A DNA stretch of 32,000 nt from Candidatus Saccharimonadota bacterium. GTDB taxonomy: Bacteria > Bacteroidota > Bacteroidia > Cytophagales > Amoebophilaceae. The DNA is taken from positions 660,001 to 692,000 of the forward strand of contig NZ_OW441264.1 in assembly GCF_936981045.1 (NCBI RefSeq), written 5' to 3'. Position numbers and translations under genes: made by a program. A model generated the notes under the pieces. It made no database searches and was not told the origin of the DNA. It was given only the letters and a program-made list of their open reading frames with translations. Positions 1 to 8,273 of the stretch are shown piece by piece (within the stretch, counting starts at the first letter, position 1; the number at the start of each line of letters is the position of its first letter).

Positions 1-106
1 ATATTTATAAAATTAGATATAAAAACTTGTTAAATAGGTGCAAATATTAACTAAATAATTGATATTAAATTGTTGTAAATCAGTCAAATAAATCCCGAAC
101 TCACGT
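1..106 (+). mobile_element. Right half of the 240-bp TIR element (MITE-A), cut by the window edge
   Basis: Bases 1-106 are identical to the right half of the MITE-A consensus and differ from 5015-5120 only at 5110 (A there, C here). They end in the terminal repeat AATCCCGAACTCACGT. Confidence 0.85.
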
Positions 107-171
107 TAGTATTAAGTTTGTATGCACTTTTTCCCTGATACCGTTAGGCCATAATGACCTATAGATGACCT

Positions 172-1359
172 ATGAAGGAGTTGATTAAAGCAAAACTAAA
201 AGGAGATCCCATTATATGGGGCATTGCCTTTATGTTGTCTAGCCTAAGTATTCTAACCGTCTATAGTGCTTCTAGTTCTTTAGCCTATAGACAAATGCAT
301 CATAATACCGAATATTATTTGCTAAGGCAGACCCTACTTATAGGGGCCGGACTATCTGCTATGTGGTTAAGCCACCGGATTGATTATCGCTACTATGCTG
401 CTATTGCTAAAGTTGCGCTTTGGATGTCGATTCCGCTATTGCTCGTAACTTGGCGATATGGATTAAAGTTAAATGAAGCTTCTCGGTGGCTTAATATTCC
501 TTTTATCAATAAATCCTTTCAACCATCTGACCTAGCACAACTTACACTTATTATACGAATCGCTCATATGCTGGCCAAGGAACAAAAACATATTACTTAC
601 TTTAGATCTGCCTGTTTGCCTATGTTAACCTGGTCTGGTCTTATTAGTGGTTTAATTGCTTTGACCAATTTCTCTAGCGCCATTCTATTATTTGGTACTT
701 GTTTGGTACTCATGTTCATTGGAAGAATCCCTATTAAGCATCTACTCATTATCGTACCCTCTAGCATCCTAGTGGCAGGAGGCGCATTGATCTGGGGTCA
801 ACGTGGTGGAACAGCTATCAAACGAATAGAAAATTTTCTAAAAGGTGATGTCTCCTTTCAAACTGAGCAATCTTATATTGCTATTGCAACAGGCGGACTT
901 TCTGGTAAAGGTCCTGGCAATAGTACCCAACGTAACTTCTTGCCCCATCCTTACTCCGACTTTATTTATGCCATCTTAATAGAAGAGTATGGCCTTATAG
1001 GCGGTATATTTGTCATGGTGCTCTATTTGATTTTACTATATAGGGCCATTGCCTTGCTGCCCACAGCGACTAGTTATTATGGAGGAATTTTGGCTATAGG
1101 TATAAGCCTTTTACTTGTATTTCAGGCTTTATTGAATATGGCCATTGCAGTAGGTCTTGGCCCTGTAACAGGACTTCCACTACCATTTGTCAGCATGGGT
1201 GGTACCTCACTTGTATTTACAGGTGTGGCACTAGGCATATTATTAAGCATCAGTCAAGGAGAAATTGATACAGAACTACTTACTTTAAAAAAAGAAATTG
1301 TTGTTGGTATGCGCTATAATAAGTATAAAAAAAAACTAGATAGCCCTTGTAAAAAGTAG
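172..1359 (+). CDS. FtsW/RodA/SpoVE (SEDS) family peptidoglycan polymerase
   Basis: 395-aa polytopic membrane protein. It carries SEDS-type motifs NSTQRNFLPHPYSDFIYAILIEEYGLIGG and LPFVSMGGTS. Confidence 0.85.
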   Translation: MKELIKAKLKGDPIIWGIAFMLSSLSILTVYSASSSLAYRQMHHNTEYYLLRQTLLIGAGLSAMWLSHRIDYRYYAAIAKVALWMSIPLLLVTWRYGLKLNEASRWLNIPFINKSFQPSDLAQLTLIIRIAHMLAKEQKHITYFRSACLPMLTWSGLISGLIALTNFSSAILLFGTCLVLMFIGRIPIKHLLIIVPSSILVAGGALIWGQRGGTAIKRIENFLKGDVSFQTEQSYIAIATGGLSGKGPGNSTQRNFLPHPYSDFIYAILIEEYGLIGGIFVMVLYLILLYRAIALLPTATSYYGGILAIGISLLLVFQALLNMAIAVGLGPVTGLPLPFVSMGGTSLVFTGVALGILLSISQGEIDTELLTLKKEIVVGMRYNKYKKKLDSPCKK

Positions 1360-1378
1360 CACACCCACTCCTTACCCA

Positions 1379-2380
1379 TTAAAAATTCGAGCAAAGGGCT
1401 TGTGTTTGATGAGCAGCTTGCTGACGCACCGCTTCATATTCAGCAGGAGTAAGCTCCCCCACAAAATAGTCAAATGGATTTACACGATGTCCATTGTGGT
1501 AGGTCTCATAGTGGAGATGAGGGGCAGTTGAATCCCCTGAATTGCCCACTGTACCAATCTGCTGCCCTCTGGTTACGCGCTGTCCTTGTTTAACGATTAT
1601 AGTATGCATATGGGCACAGTGGGTTTGGAAGCCATGGCGATGATCAATAAGCAGATGGTTTCCATATCCTCTTTTATCGTTTTTAACCCATTGAACATAC
1701 CCATCCGCAGCAGCATAGATGGGCGTATGCATAGGAGCTGAAAAATCAACGCCTTGATGCATCCTGCGTATTTTATAGATTGGATGCCAGCGCATACCAA
1801 AAGGAGCAGATATTCTCTTTAAATGTTCCTTAGCAACCGGTGGTAAGGTAGGCATAGATTGCAATCTGCTGCTGTTTCTTTTTGCAAGACTCCATATTTG
1901 ATCATAAGATTTCTTTTGAATCGTCAACTGACTAATGAGTTGATCTACTTTAGACAATGTTTGGGCAATTAATGTACTTTTCCCTAAGTGAGCATATTTA
2001 TTTACGCCTCCCACGCCTGCATTGTGCTCTGCAGCAGAAAGCGGAGCAGCATTCAACAATACCCTATACAAGTCATCATCCCTCTGTTGCAAGGCAGCTA
2101 AGAGTGCCGCACTCCTTTCTATTTTTTTTTGTATAACATCGTAATAATCCTTAAGTACTTTATTATCTGCTAATAGCTCTTTCTCTCTGGAAGAAACAAA
2201 ACAACCTCTATAATACCTAACTATAACAACCGCTAACAGCACTGAAAAAAATATATAAAGAGAACTGCGTAAAATGAAGGCTGATATAGATGTTTGGACA
2301 CGCTCATAGCTACAAGTAGCAGGGTTATAATAATACTTGGTTTTAAGCATAAAAAATATATAATTATGGAATATACACAC
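1379..2380 (-). CDS. M23 (LytM) family metallopeptidase with N-terminal membrane anchor
   Basis: Contains HQGVDFSAP, GYGNHLLIDH and GNSGDSTAPHLHYE (HxxxD and HxH zinc motifs). The true start may be the internal Met at 2350 (MLKTKYYY). Confidence 0.85.
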   Translation of the reverse strand: MCIFHNYIFFMLKTKYYYNPATCSYERVQTSISAFILRSSLYIFFSVLLAVVIVRYYRGCFVSSREKELLADNKVLKDYYDVIQKKIERSAALLAALQQRDDDLYRVLLNAAPLSAAEHNAGVGGVNKYAHLGKSTLIAQTLSKVDQLISQLTIQKKSYDQIWSLAKRNSSRLQSMPTLPPVAKEHLKRISAPFGMRWHPIYKIRRMHQGVDFSAPMHTPIYAAADGYVQWVKNDKRGYGNHLLIDHRHGFQTHCAHMHTIIVKQGQRVTRGQQIGTVGNSGDSTAPHLHYETYHNGHRVNPFDYFVGELTPAEYEAVRQQAAHQTQALCSNF

Positions 2381-2495
2381 CCAGGCTATTTCAATTTAGT
2401 AAAATTGAACAGAATAGTCAACTATTGTGTGACCTTGAAGGACCAACTCTAGGCGAATATGCCACTTTAAAGGAACCACTGCCTGAAGACGCAAT

Positions 2496-2535
2496 ATAAA
2501 AAAGCGACTTTCTAAAAGCAAATTAGAAAGTCGCT
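2496..2535 (-). terminator. Rho-independent terminator of dnaK
   Basis: Perfect 11-bp stem AGCGACTTTCT (2503-2513) / AGAAAGTCGCT (2525-2535). On the minus strand it is followed by a T-run (A-run 2497-2503 on plus). It lies 30 nt past the dnaK stop. Confidence 0.8.
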
Positions 2536-2564
2536 CTTAATAGAAGAAAAAAGAACAAAGAATA

Positions 2565-4481
2565 TTATTTTACTTCTTCAAATTCAGCATCTGTCACATT
2601 ACCGCTACCTTCTTTAGCATTTTCCTGCCCCACATTAGCAGCGGACGCTCCCCCTGTAGGTTGCGATTGTTGGTAGACCTTAGCCATTACTTCACTCCAA
2701 ATTTTGTTTAGAGATTCCAATGCACGATCAATAGCCACAACTTCTTTTTCCGCATGCGCTTTTTTCAAATCTGCCAAGGCGGGCTCTATATTTTTCCTAT
2801 CCGCTTCTCCAATTTTATCACCTAACTCCTTGAGTTGTTTTTCCACCTCAAATATAAGTGAATCCGCTTGATTTATTTTATCTATTTGTTCTTTTTCTGC
2901 TTTATCTGCTGCTGCATTGGCTTCTGCTTCCTCCCTCATCCGTTTGATCTCCGCTTCGGTTAAACCAGATGAAGCTTCGATGCGAATTTTTTGTTCCTTG
3001 CCAGTACCTCTATCCTTTGCAGAAACATGCAATATACCATTGGCATCTACATCAAAAGCAACTTCTATCTGTGGAACGCCCTTGGGAGCGGGTGGTATAT
3101 CAGATAAGTGAAACTGACCAATGGTACGGTTGTGTTTGACCATAGGTCGATTGCCTTGTAGTACATGCACCATAACAGAAGATTGGTTGTCTGAAGCTGT
3201 AGAAAAAACTTCCGATTTCCTTGTCGGAATAGTAGTATTGGCTTCAATCAGCTTGGTAAAAACACCCCCTAGCGTTTCAATACCTAACGATAGTGGAATG
3301 ACATCAAGCAATAAAACATCCTTTACTTCTCCCGTCAACACACCTCCTTGAATAGCGGCTCCTATGGCTACCACTTCATCAGGATTAACCCCTTTAGAAG
3401 GTTTTTTACCAAAAAAACGCTCTACTTCTTCCTGAATCTTTGGTATACGGGTAGACCCACCCACTAAAATAACCTCATGAATCTTACTATGTGGATCAGG
3501 AATATCGCCAAAAGCATCTTTTAACGCTTGCCTACAAGGGGCCAGCGTACGCTTTACCAAGTCATCTACCAATTTTTCAAACTGTGCCCTAGAGAGTTGT
3601 TGTACGAAGTGTTTAGGGACACCATCAATGGCTGTAATGTAAGGGAGATTGATCTCTGTAGTGGTGGCACTAGAAAGCTCAATTTTGGCTTTTTCAGCAG
3701 CTTCTCTTAGGCGCTGTAGCGCAGTGGGGTCCTTTCTTAAGTCAACGCCCTCCTCCTTTTGAAAGTTATCTGCAAGCCAATCTGTTATTTTTTGGTCAAA
3801 ATCATCTCCACCTAGATGGATATCCCCATTGGTAGATTTAACTTCAAAAACGCCATCACCCAACTCTAGAATAGAAATATCAAAGGTACCTCCCCCAAGG
3901 TCAAATACAGCAATGGTGATATCTTTATTTTTTTTATCCAAACCGTAAGCCAATGCAGCAGCAGTTGGCTCGTTGATAATACGCTTTACAGACAAACCGG
4001 CTATTTCTCCCGCCTCTTTAGTGGCTTGTCGCTCTGCATCATTAAAATAAGCAGGTACGGTAACAACCGCATCTGCAACGGTAGTTCCCAGATAGTCCTC
4101 TGCAGCACTTTTCATCTTTTGTAAGATAATAGCAGAAATCTCTTGAGGCGTATAGAGCCGATCACCAATCCGCACACGGACGGTATTGTTGACTCCACTT
4201 TCTACCTTATAGGCCACTTCGTTAATCTCATTGGCCACACTGTTGTAACCCTTACCCATAAAACGCTTAATCGAACTTATGGTATTATGAGGATTTATAA
4301 TGGCCTGACGTTTGGCAGGATCACCTACTTTACGTTCACCCTTGCCACTATTTAAAAAAGCTACTACAGATGGCGTAGTTCTTTTACCTTCATTATTAGG
4401 AATCACTACTGGTTCATTGCCCTCCATAACGGCAACACAGGAGTTAGTAGTTCCTAAATCGATTCCAATTAGTTTTCCCAT
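2565..4481 (-). CDS. dnaK: Molecular chaperone DnaK (Hsp70)
   Basis: 638 aa. Motifs [31 protein letters not shown], and a C-terminal EEVK-type tail. Confidence 0.97.
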   Translation of the reverse strand: MGKLIGIDLGTTNSCVAVMEGNEPVVIPNNEGKRTTPSVVAFLNSGKGERKVGDPAKRQAIINPHNTISSIKRFMGKGYNSVANEINEVAYKVESGVNNTVRVRIGDRLYTPQEISAIILQKMKSAAEDYLGTTVADAVVTVPAYFNDAERQATKEAGEIAGLSVKRIINEPTAAALAYGLDKKNKDITIAVFDLGGGTFDISILELGDGVFEVKSTNGDIHLGGDDFDQKITDWLADNFQKEEGVDLRKDPTALQRLREAAEKAKIELSSATTTEINLPYITAIDGVPKHFVQQLSRAQFEKLVDDLVKRTLAPCRQALKDAFGDIPDPHSKIHEVILVGGSTRIPKIQEEVERFFGKKPSKGVNPDEVVAIGAAIQGGVLTGEVKDVLLLDVIPLSLGIETLGGVFTKLIEANTTIPTRKSEVFSTASDNQSSVMVHVLQGNRPMVKHNRTIGQFHLSDIPPAPKGVPQIEVAFDVDANGILHVSAKDRGTGKEQKIRIEASSGLTEAEIKRMREEAEANAAADKAEKEQIDKINQADSLIFEVEKQLKELGDKIGEADRKNIEPALADLKKAHAEKEVVAIDRALESLNKIWSEVMAKVYQQSQPTGGASAANVGQENAKEGSGNVTDAEFEEVK

Positions 4482-4584
4482 GTCTAATTTCTATTTTGTT
4501 TGTATTGAATCCTTTCCTCTATCGTAGAGAAATCTATTTAGATTTATTGCATTGGGATAGTACAAAGTCCATGCCAAATCAGTT

Positions 4585-4629
4585 ATGCTGTAGCAGCTTA
4601 TGTCAAAATGGCATAAGCTACAGCAGCGT
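4585..4629. promoter_or_regulatory. Inverted repeat about 100-150 nt upstream of the dnaK start
   Basis: Arm ATGCTGTAGCAGCTTATG (4585-4602) and arm CATAAGCTACAGCAGCGT (4612-4629). The inner 8 bp are perfect and the stem extends with two mismatches. It could be an operator, or the terminator of the eroded upstream gene. Confidence 0.35.
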
Positions 4630-4650
4630 TGTGCATGAAAAGTATGGGCG

Positions 4651-4880
4651 CTATTTTGAAAAGCTTTTCCTGTACCGCTCTGGATGGTTGATAATATCTC
4701 TGGCTTGCTGAAACATTTCAGTTGCATATCCTTGTTCTGCCAGTATATCTATGGCAATGGTTTGATTAGAGGCCCCAGGAACTACCTTATAAAGGTACTG
4801 AATTTTTCCATTTTTGCCCATAGGTTTAATAAAAACTTTATAGTTTTTAAACCCTTTCTTAGGCTCACGTTGTTCTAAAA
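4651..4880 (-). pseudogene. 3' remnant of a MutS-family ATPase gene (C-terminal about 60-75 codons only)
   Basis: Minus-strand frame reads ...MGKNGKIQYLYKVVPGASNQTIAIDILAEQGYATEMFQQARDIINHPE...*. It resembles the MutS C-terminal block (I-x-FLYK-hydrophobic-x-PG-x-(3)-S-x-GI-x-hydrophobic-A). The frame runs straight into the MITE-A end at 4881. It is below the ORF-track size cutoff. Confidence 0.35.
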
Positions 4881-5120
4881 ACGTGAGTTCGGGATTAGAT
4901 TATTTTTTCATTTGATAATCAATATTAATAAAAATTTATAAAATTTGTTTTATAGACAGTTAAATAGGTAGTTGAATAACAAATAACTCTGATAATCAGT
5001 TTATTATATATATTATATTTATAAAATTAGATATAAAAACTTGTTAAATAGGTGCAAATATTAACTAAATAATTGATATTAAATTGTTGTAAATCAGTCA
5101 AATAAATCCAGAACTCACGT
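4881..5120 (+). mobile_element. MITE-A, complete 240-bp copy
   Basis: 16-bp terminal inverted repeats ACGTGAGTTCGGGATT ... AATCCAGAACTCACGT. The interior is AT-rich, non-coding and imperfectly palindromic. About 98-99% identical to the copies at 16294 and 21360. Confidence 0.85.
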
Positions 5121-5167
5121 TTAAAAGAAAAGACGTTACTAACGAAAATATAGACGCGACAGAACCC
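5121..5167 (+). repeat. Solo IS6-type terminal repeat (47 bp) abutting MITE-A
   Basis: TTAAAAGAAAAGACGTTACTAACGAAAATATAGACGCGACAGAACCC matches 25263-25309 at 46 of 47 positions. Its outer end reads GGGTTCTGTCGCG on the other strand, the GGTTCTGT-type IS6-family terminus. Confidence 0.55.
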
Positions 5168-5268
5168 TATCAAAAACCTATGAACGTCTATCTTAACCAT
5201 GTAAAATTGGTAGACTAGCAAATGGGAAAAAATAGAAAATAAAATTAAGAAAAAGATGTCCGAATAAA

Positions 5269-5958
5269 TCAGTCCAGTATAGTGGACAAGCTATTACTTT
5301 GCAGTAATGCTTCTAGAGTATAGGCCTGATCTAAAGTATAATGCCCTATTTGGGTGCGGCATAACTCATGGAGGTAGCCTCCAACACCTAATTTTTCTCC
5401 TAAGTCATGAGCAAGACGCCGAATATAGGTTCCTTTAGTACAAGCCACCTTGAACGTAATAGATGGCAGCTCAATCGCCGTAATGAAAAAGGAATGGATG
5501 GTAATGGAACGGGGACGCAAAATAGCTTCTTCTCCTTTCCTAGCGATTTTGTAGGCTCTTTTTCCACCTACACTAACGGCTGAATAGATAGGAGGTACTT
5601 GCATGATAGACCTAACAAAGGTAGCAGCAGCAGCCCTTACCATCTCTTCGGTGATATGATCATAGCTAGATACACTATTAAAAGGGGTTTCTAAATCCAT
5701 GGATGGCGTAGTCTTACCAAGCACAATTTGGCCAGTATACACCTTATCCAACGCTTGCAGCCTACTAATTTGTTTAGTTTGCCTACCACTACATAGCAAA
5801 AGTAATCCTGTAGCTAAAGGATCTAAGGTACCCGCATGACCTATTTTATTTATTTTTAAGACATGACGAACCTTTTTTACCACATCAAAGGAAGTCCAGC
5901 CCAAAGGTTTATCTACCATAAAAATAGCCTCAGAAAAGTCACCTTGTGGTCTATGCAT
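5269..5958 (-). CDS. truB: tRNA pseudouridine(55) synthase TruB
   Basis: 229 aa. Contains VDKPLGWTSFDVV and the catalytic block GHAGTLDPLATGLL. Confidence 0.9.
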   Translation of the reverse strand: MHRPQGDFSEAIFMVDKPLGWTSFDVVKKVRHVLKINKIGHAGTLDPLATGLLLLCSGRQTKQISRLQALDKVYTGQIVLGKTTPSMDLETPFNSVSSYDHITEEMVRAAAATFVRSIMQVPPIYSAVSVGGKRAYKIARKGEEAILRPRSITIHSFFITAIELPSITFKVACTKGTYIRRLAHDLGEKLGVGGYLHELCRTQIGHYTLDQAYTLEALLQSNSLSTILD

Positions 5959-6000
5959 ATTGGGATATTACAGGTCAATTGTTATAAGCTAGTGCTTCTA

Positions 6001-6777
6001 CTATATAAAAACAATCTCTTTAGCGTTGTAGCGATATCGGGTGCCATTGCGTGCTGCTATAACCAATGCGCCTAGCCTATTCACAGTTACAATACGGCCT
6101 TCCAACAGTCCATGTATGGTTGCAAAGGTATGAAATCCTGTTTTACGATAGAGTATATGGATATACTTTTCCCAAAGTACGTTACGGATTCCATGTTGCA
6201 ACTGTGCATAATACTTACCCAAGGTATCCATGATATTGGTAAACAGAAGCGTTCTATCAAAGGTAGTTCTTTTTTGTATTGCTAAAGAAGTGCATTTAGA
6301 AGATTTAAAATGTAGTTGGTTAACATTTAGGCCTATACCGATTACAGCTGCCTTGATCTTGTTCTGGATGCCTATATGGGTTTCAATCAATATGCCACCC
6401 AGTTTCTTATCCAAATAATAGATATCATTGGGCCATTTTATAGAAATCTCCTTCGGAAAGTAATCTACCAGTACATCATAAATGGCTAAACTAGTAATAA
6501 TATTCAAGGTAAAAACAGCATCTACCGTTAACCATTCTGGATATAAAATAAACGAAAAAAGAAGATTTGTACCCGCCTCTGATGTCCAAGTACTACCACG
6601 CTGCCCCCTTCCTTTGGACTGATGCTCTGCAATAAAAACCGTTCCTTCTGCTGCATGTAGCAGAAGTTTTTGGGCCATATCATTGGTAGAAGAACAGCTT
6701 TTATAATAAAATGAAGCCCTATCAAATAACCCATCAGGCTGAATAGCACTATTGAAGGGGTCGAATAGATAATCCAT
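6001..6777 (-). CDS. birA: Biotin--[acetyl-CoA-carboxylase] ligase (class I, no HTH)
   Basis: 258 aa. Contains the GRGQRGSTW motif (GRGRxGRxW family) and KWPNDIY. Confidence 0.85.
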   Translation of the reverse strand: MDYLFDPFNSAIQPDGLFDRASFYYKSCSSTNDMAQKLLLHAAEGTVFIAEHQSKGRGQRGSTWTSEAGTNLLFSFILYPEWLTVDAVFTLNIITSLAIYDVLVDYFPKEISIKWPNDIYYLDKKLGGILIETHIGIQNKIKAAVIGIGLNVNQLHFKSSKCTSLAIQKRTTFDRTLLFTNIMDTLGKYYAQLQHGIRNVLWEKYIHILYRKTGFHTFATIHGLLEGRIVTVNRLGALVIAARNGTRYRYNAKEIVFI

Positions 6778-6795
6778 GGGAATATGATCTATATA

Positions 6796-6969
6796 ACCTG
6801 AGTTCGGGATTAGCTTGTTAAAAAATAGCTTTAAAAAGCTTCTTTGTGTTTTAAATTTGGAGATAAAAAAATACTAACCAGATTATCCAAAGGAGCCAGT
6901 AACAAATTTTATAAATTTTTATTAATATTGATTATCAAATTAAAAAATAATCTAATCCCGAACTCAGGT
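6796..6969. mobile_element. MITE-B, 174-bp variant of the TIR element
   Basis: Terminal repeats ACCTGAGTTCGGGATTAG ... CTAATCCCGAACTCAGGT, flanked by TA on both sides. The right about 65 bp is homologous to one arm of MITE-A. The left about 105 bp is unrelated. Confidence 0.75.
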
Positions 6970-6972
6970 TAT

Positions 6973-7224
6973 AACGATTGTTCTGCAGAGCTTAAAGGGC
7001 TTTTTCTTCCTTTTGGTATTTGGTTGGCCCGTCAATCATATGACCAAATAAAGACAACAGCAGCGATGGATTTGAGTACTTCTACACCAACGGAGCGTCT
7101 TAATTATTTAATTGAGCATGGGAACCCATTCTTTACCATAATGTATATTAAAGGACATATCTTTTTGTACCTAGGGAATTTTCCACAGGTTGACCAAAAG
7201 TTACCTATGGTCGTATGTTTGTAG
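6973..7224 (+). pseudogene. 5'-truncated NlpC/P60-family cell-wall peptidase remnant
   Basis: Reads NDCSAELKGLFLPFGIWLARQSYDQ...GHIFLYLG, i.e. the catalytic DCS block and the His block. Coding similarity begins immediately after the MITE-B end. The track ORF 6844..7224 draws its N-terminus from inside the MITE. Confidence 0.45.
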
Positions 7225-7397
7225 AATAAAAAAAGACCTGGAAAAAGGCTGCCCTAAAGTTGGTATTAGATATCGTTGATTACGTTCAGCCCCCAGGTCT
7301 TTCATCTTAAAAACTGAATAGTTCGATAGACTTTAAAGCCTGTATATGCGACGCTAGTTTAAAAGATGAATTAAATGTAATATATATATTGTAAATT

Positions 7398-7458
7398 ATG
7401 AAATATATAGGAATTGATCTAGGAAAAAGTAGTTTTGTAGCAGCTTTTGGCTCTGTCC
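7398..7458 (+). pseudogene. IS110-family transposase start fragment (about 20 codons)
   Basis: MKYIGIDLGKSSFVAAFGS is the typical IS110-family N-terminus (M-x-x-IGIDLGK). It is cut off at the IS256 end. Confidence 0.35.
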
Positions 7459-8273
7459 GGCTCTGTCCACTTAAGTGTGTAAATTATTTTTTTAGTTTTA
7501 TTCAATTCTGTTTTCAAATTTAATTAAAAAATGTGCCATAGCCTCGCTCCAGTTATGAATAGAGGTGGTCCATTTTCTAGTCATGTAGTTAATAGTTAAA
7601 TATAATGTTTTAAAAACAGCTAGATCGTTAGGGAACACTCTTTTATTTTTGGTAACTCTACGAAATTGGCTATTTACAGATTCCAAACATTTGTTGTGTA
7701 AATGACCTTACGTATGGCATTAGGGTACTGTAAAAATACTATCAGATTATCCCAGTTAGCATACCAAGATTGGGCTATTTGTGGGTATTGTTGATTCCAC
7801 TTAGTAGCAAAAGCTTCTAAGGCCATCAATGCTTCTTGCTCGGTAACTGCTGTATAAATTGGTTTTAAATCAGCAACTAATACCTTTCTATGTTTATAAG
7901 AAACATACTGCAAACTACCCCTAATTGCATGAACAATACAGAGCTGATGTTCCGTTTTTGGGTATACAGCAGCAATGGCCTCAGACATGCCTGACAAATT
8001 ATCTGTACATGCAATGAGCATATCGTTCATACCCCGATTTTTGAGTTCTATTAAATTGCCTAACCAAAATTTAGCCCCTTCATTTTCACTCATCCAAAGC
8101 CCTAAAACATCCTTTATGCCAGATCTATCTATACCTAAAGCGACATAGACTGCCTTGTTGATGATGCGCTTATCTTGTCTAACTTTAACTTACAAAGCAA
8201 TCAAAAAAAACAATAGAATAGACTGATTCTAAGGGACGATTTTGCCATATCTTAACATCTTCAATAACAGAGT
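7459..8273 (-). mobile_element. IS256-family element, 3' portion (the 5' portion is at 21663-22186)
   Basis: The terminal sequence TTAAGTGTGTAAATTATTTTTTTAG mirrors TTAAGTGTATAAATATTTTTTAG at 21675. The outer boundary is approximate. Confidence 0.75.
7498..8273 (-). pseudogene. IS256-family (mutator-type) transposase, C-terminal two thirds, frameshifted
   Basis: Reads SVIEDVKIWQNRPLESVYSIVFFDC / VKVRQDKRIINKAVYVALGIDRSGIKDVLGLWMSENEGAKFW... / ...ESVNSQFRRVTKN. There is a shift and stop near 8190 and a shift near 7680. Confidence 0.85.

Noticed and set aside
154-174. Small tandem ATGACCTAT-AG-ATGACCTAT overlapping the SEDS gene start codon.
   Set aside because: The upstream ATG is followed within a few codons by a stop. 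This is most likely a trivial local duplication with no evidence for a leader peptide function.
2917-4527. Track ORFs overlapping dnaK on either strand (2917..3111, 3065..3247, 3121..3351, 3528..3710, 4143..4355, 4312..4527).
   Set aside because: They lie entirely within or overlap the highly conserved dnaK frame and show no recognisable motifs. They are typical shadow ORFs.
4491-4878. Small ORFs 4491..4727 (-), 4496..4711 (+) and 4684..4878 (+) in the dnaK upstream region.
   Set aside because: They have no motifs and overlap each other. The only frame with protein-like similarity here is the MutS-like one, which is reported separately.
4881-4896. The MITE terminal repeat GAGTTCGGGATT looked faintly like a tRNA T-arm.
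   Set aside because: There is no acceptor stem, anticodon arm or D-arm context. I found no tRNA-like cloverleaf anywhere in the window.
5027-5221. Minus-strand ORF of 64 aa, and similarly the first 43 codons of ORF 6844..7224.
   Set aside because: Both lie inside AT-rich MITE sequence or terminal repeats. Their composition-driven open frames have no coding signal.
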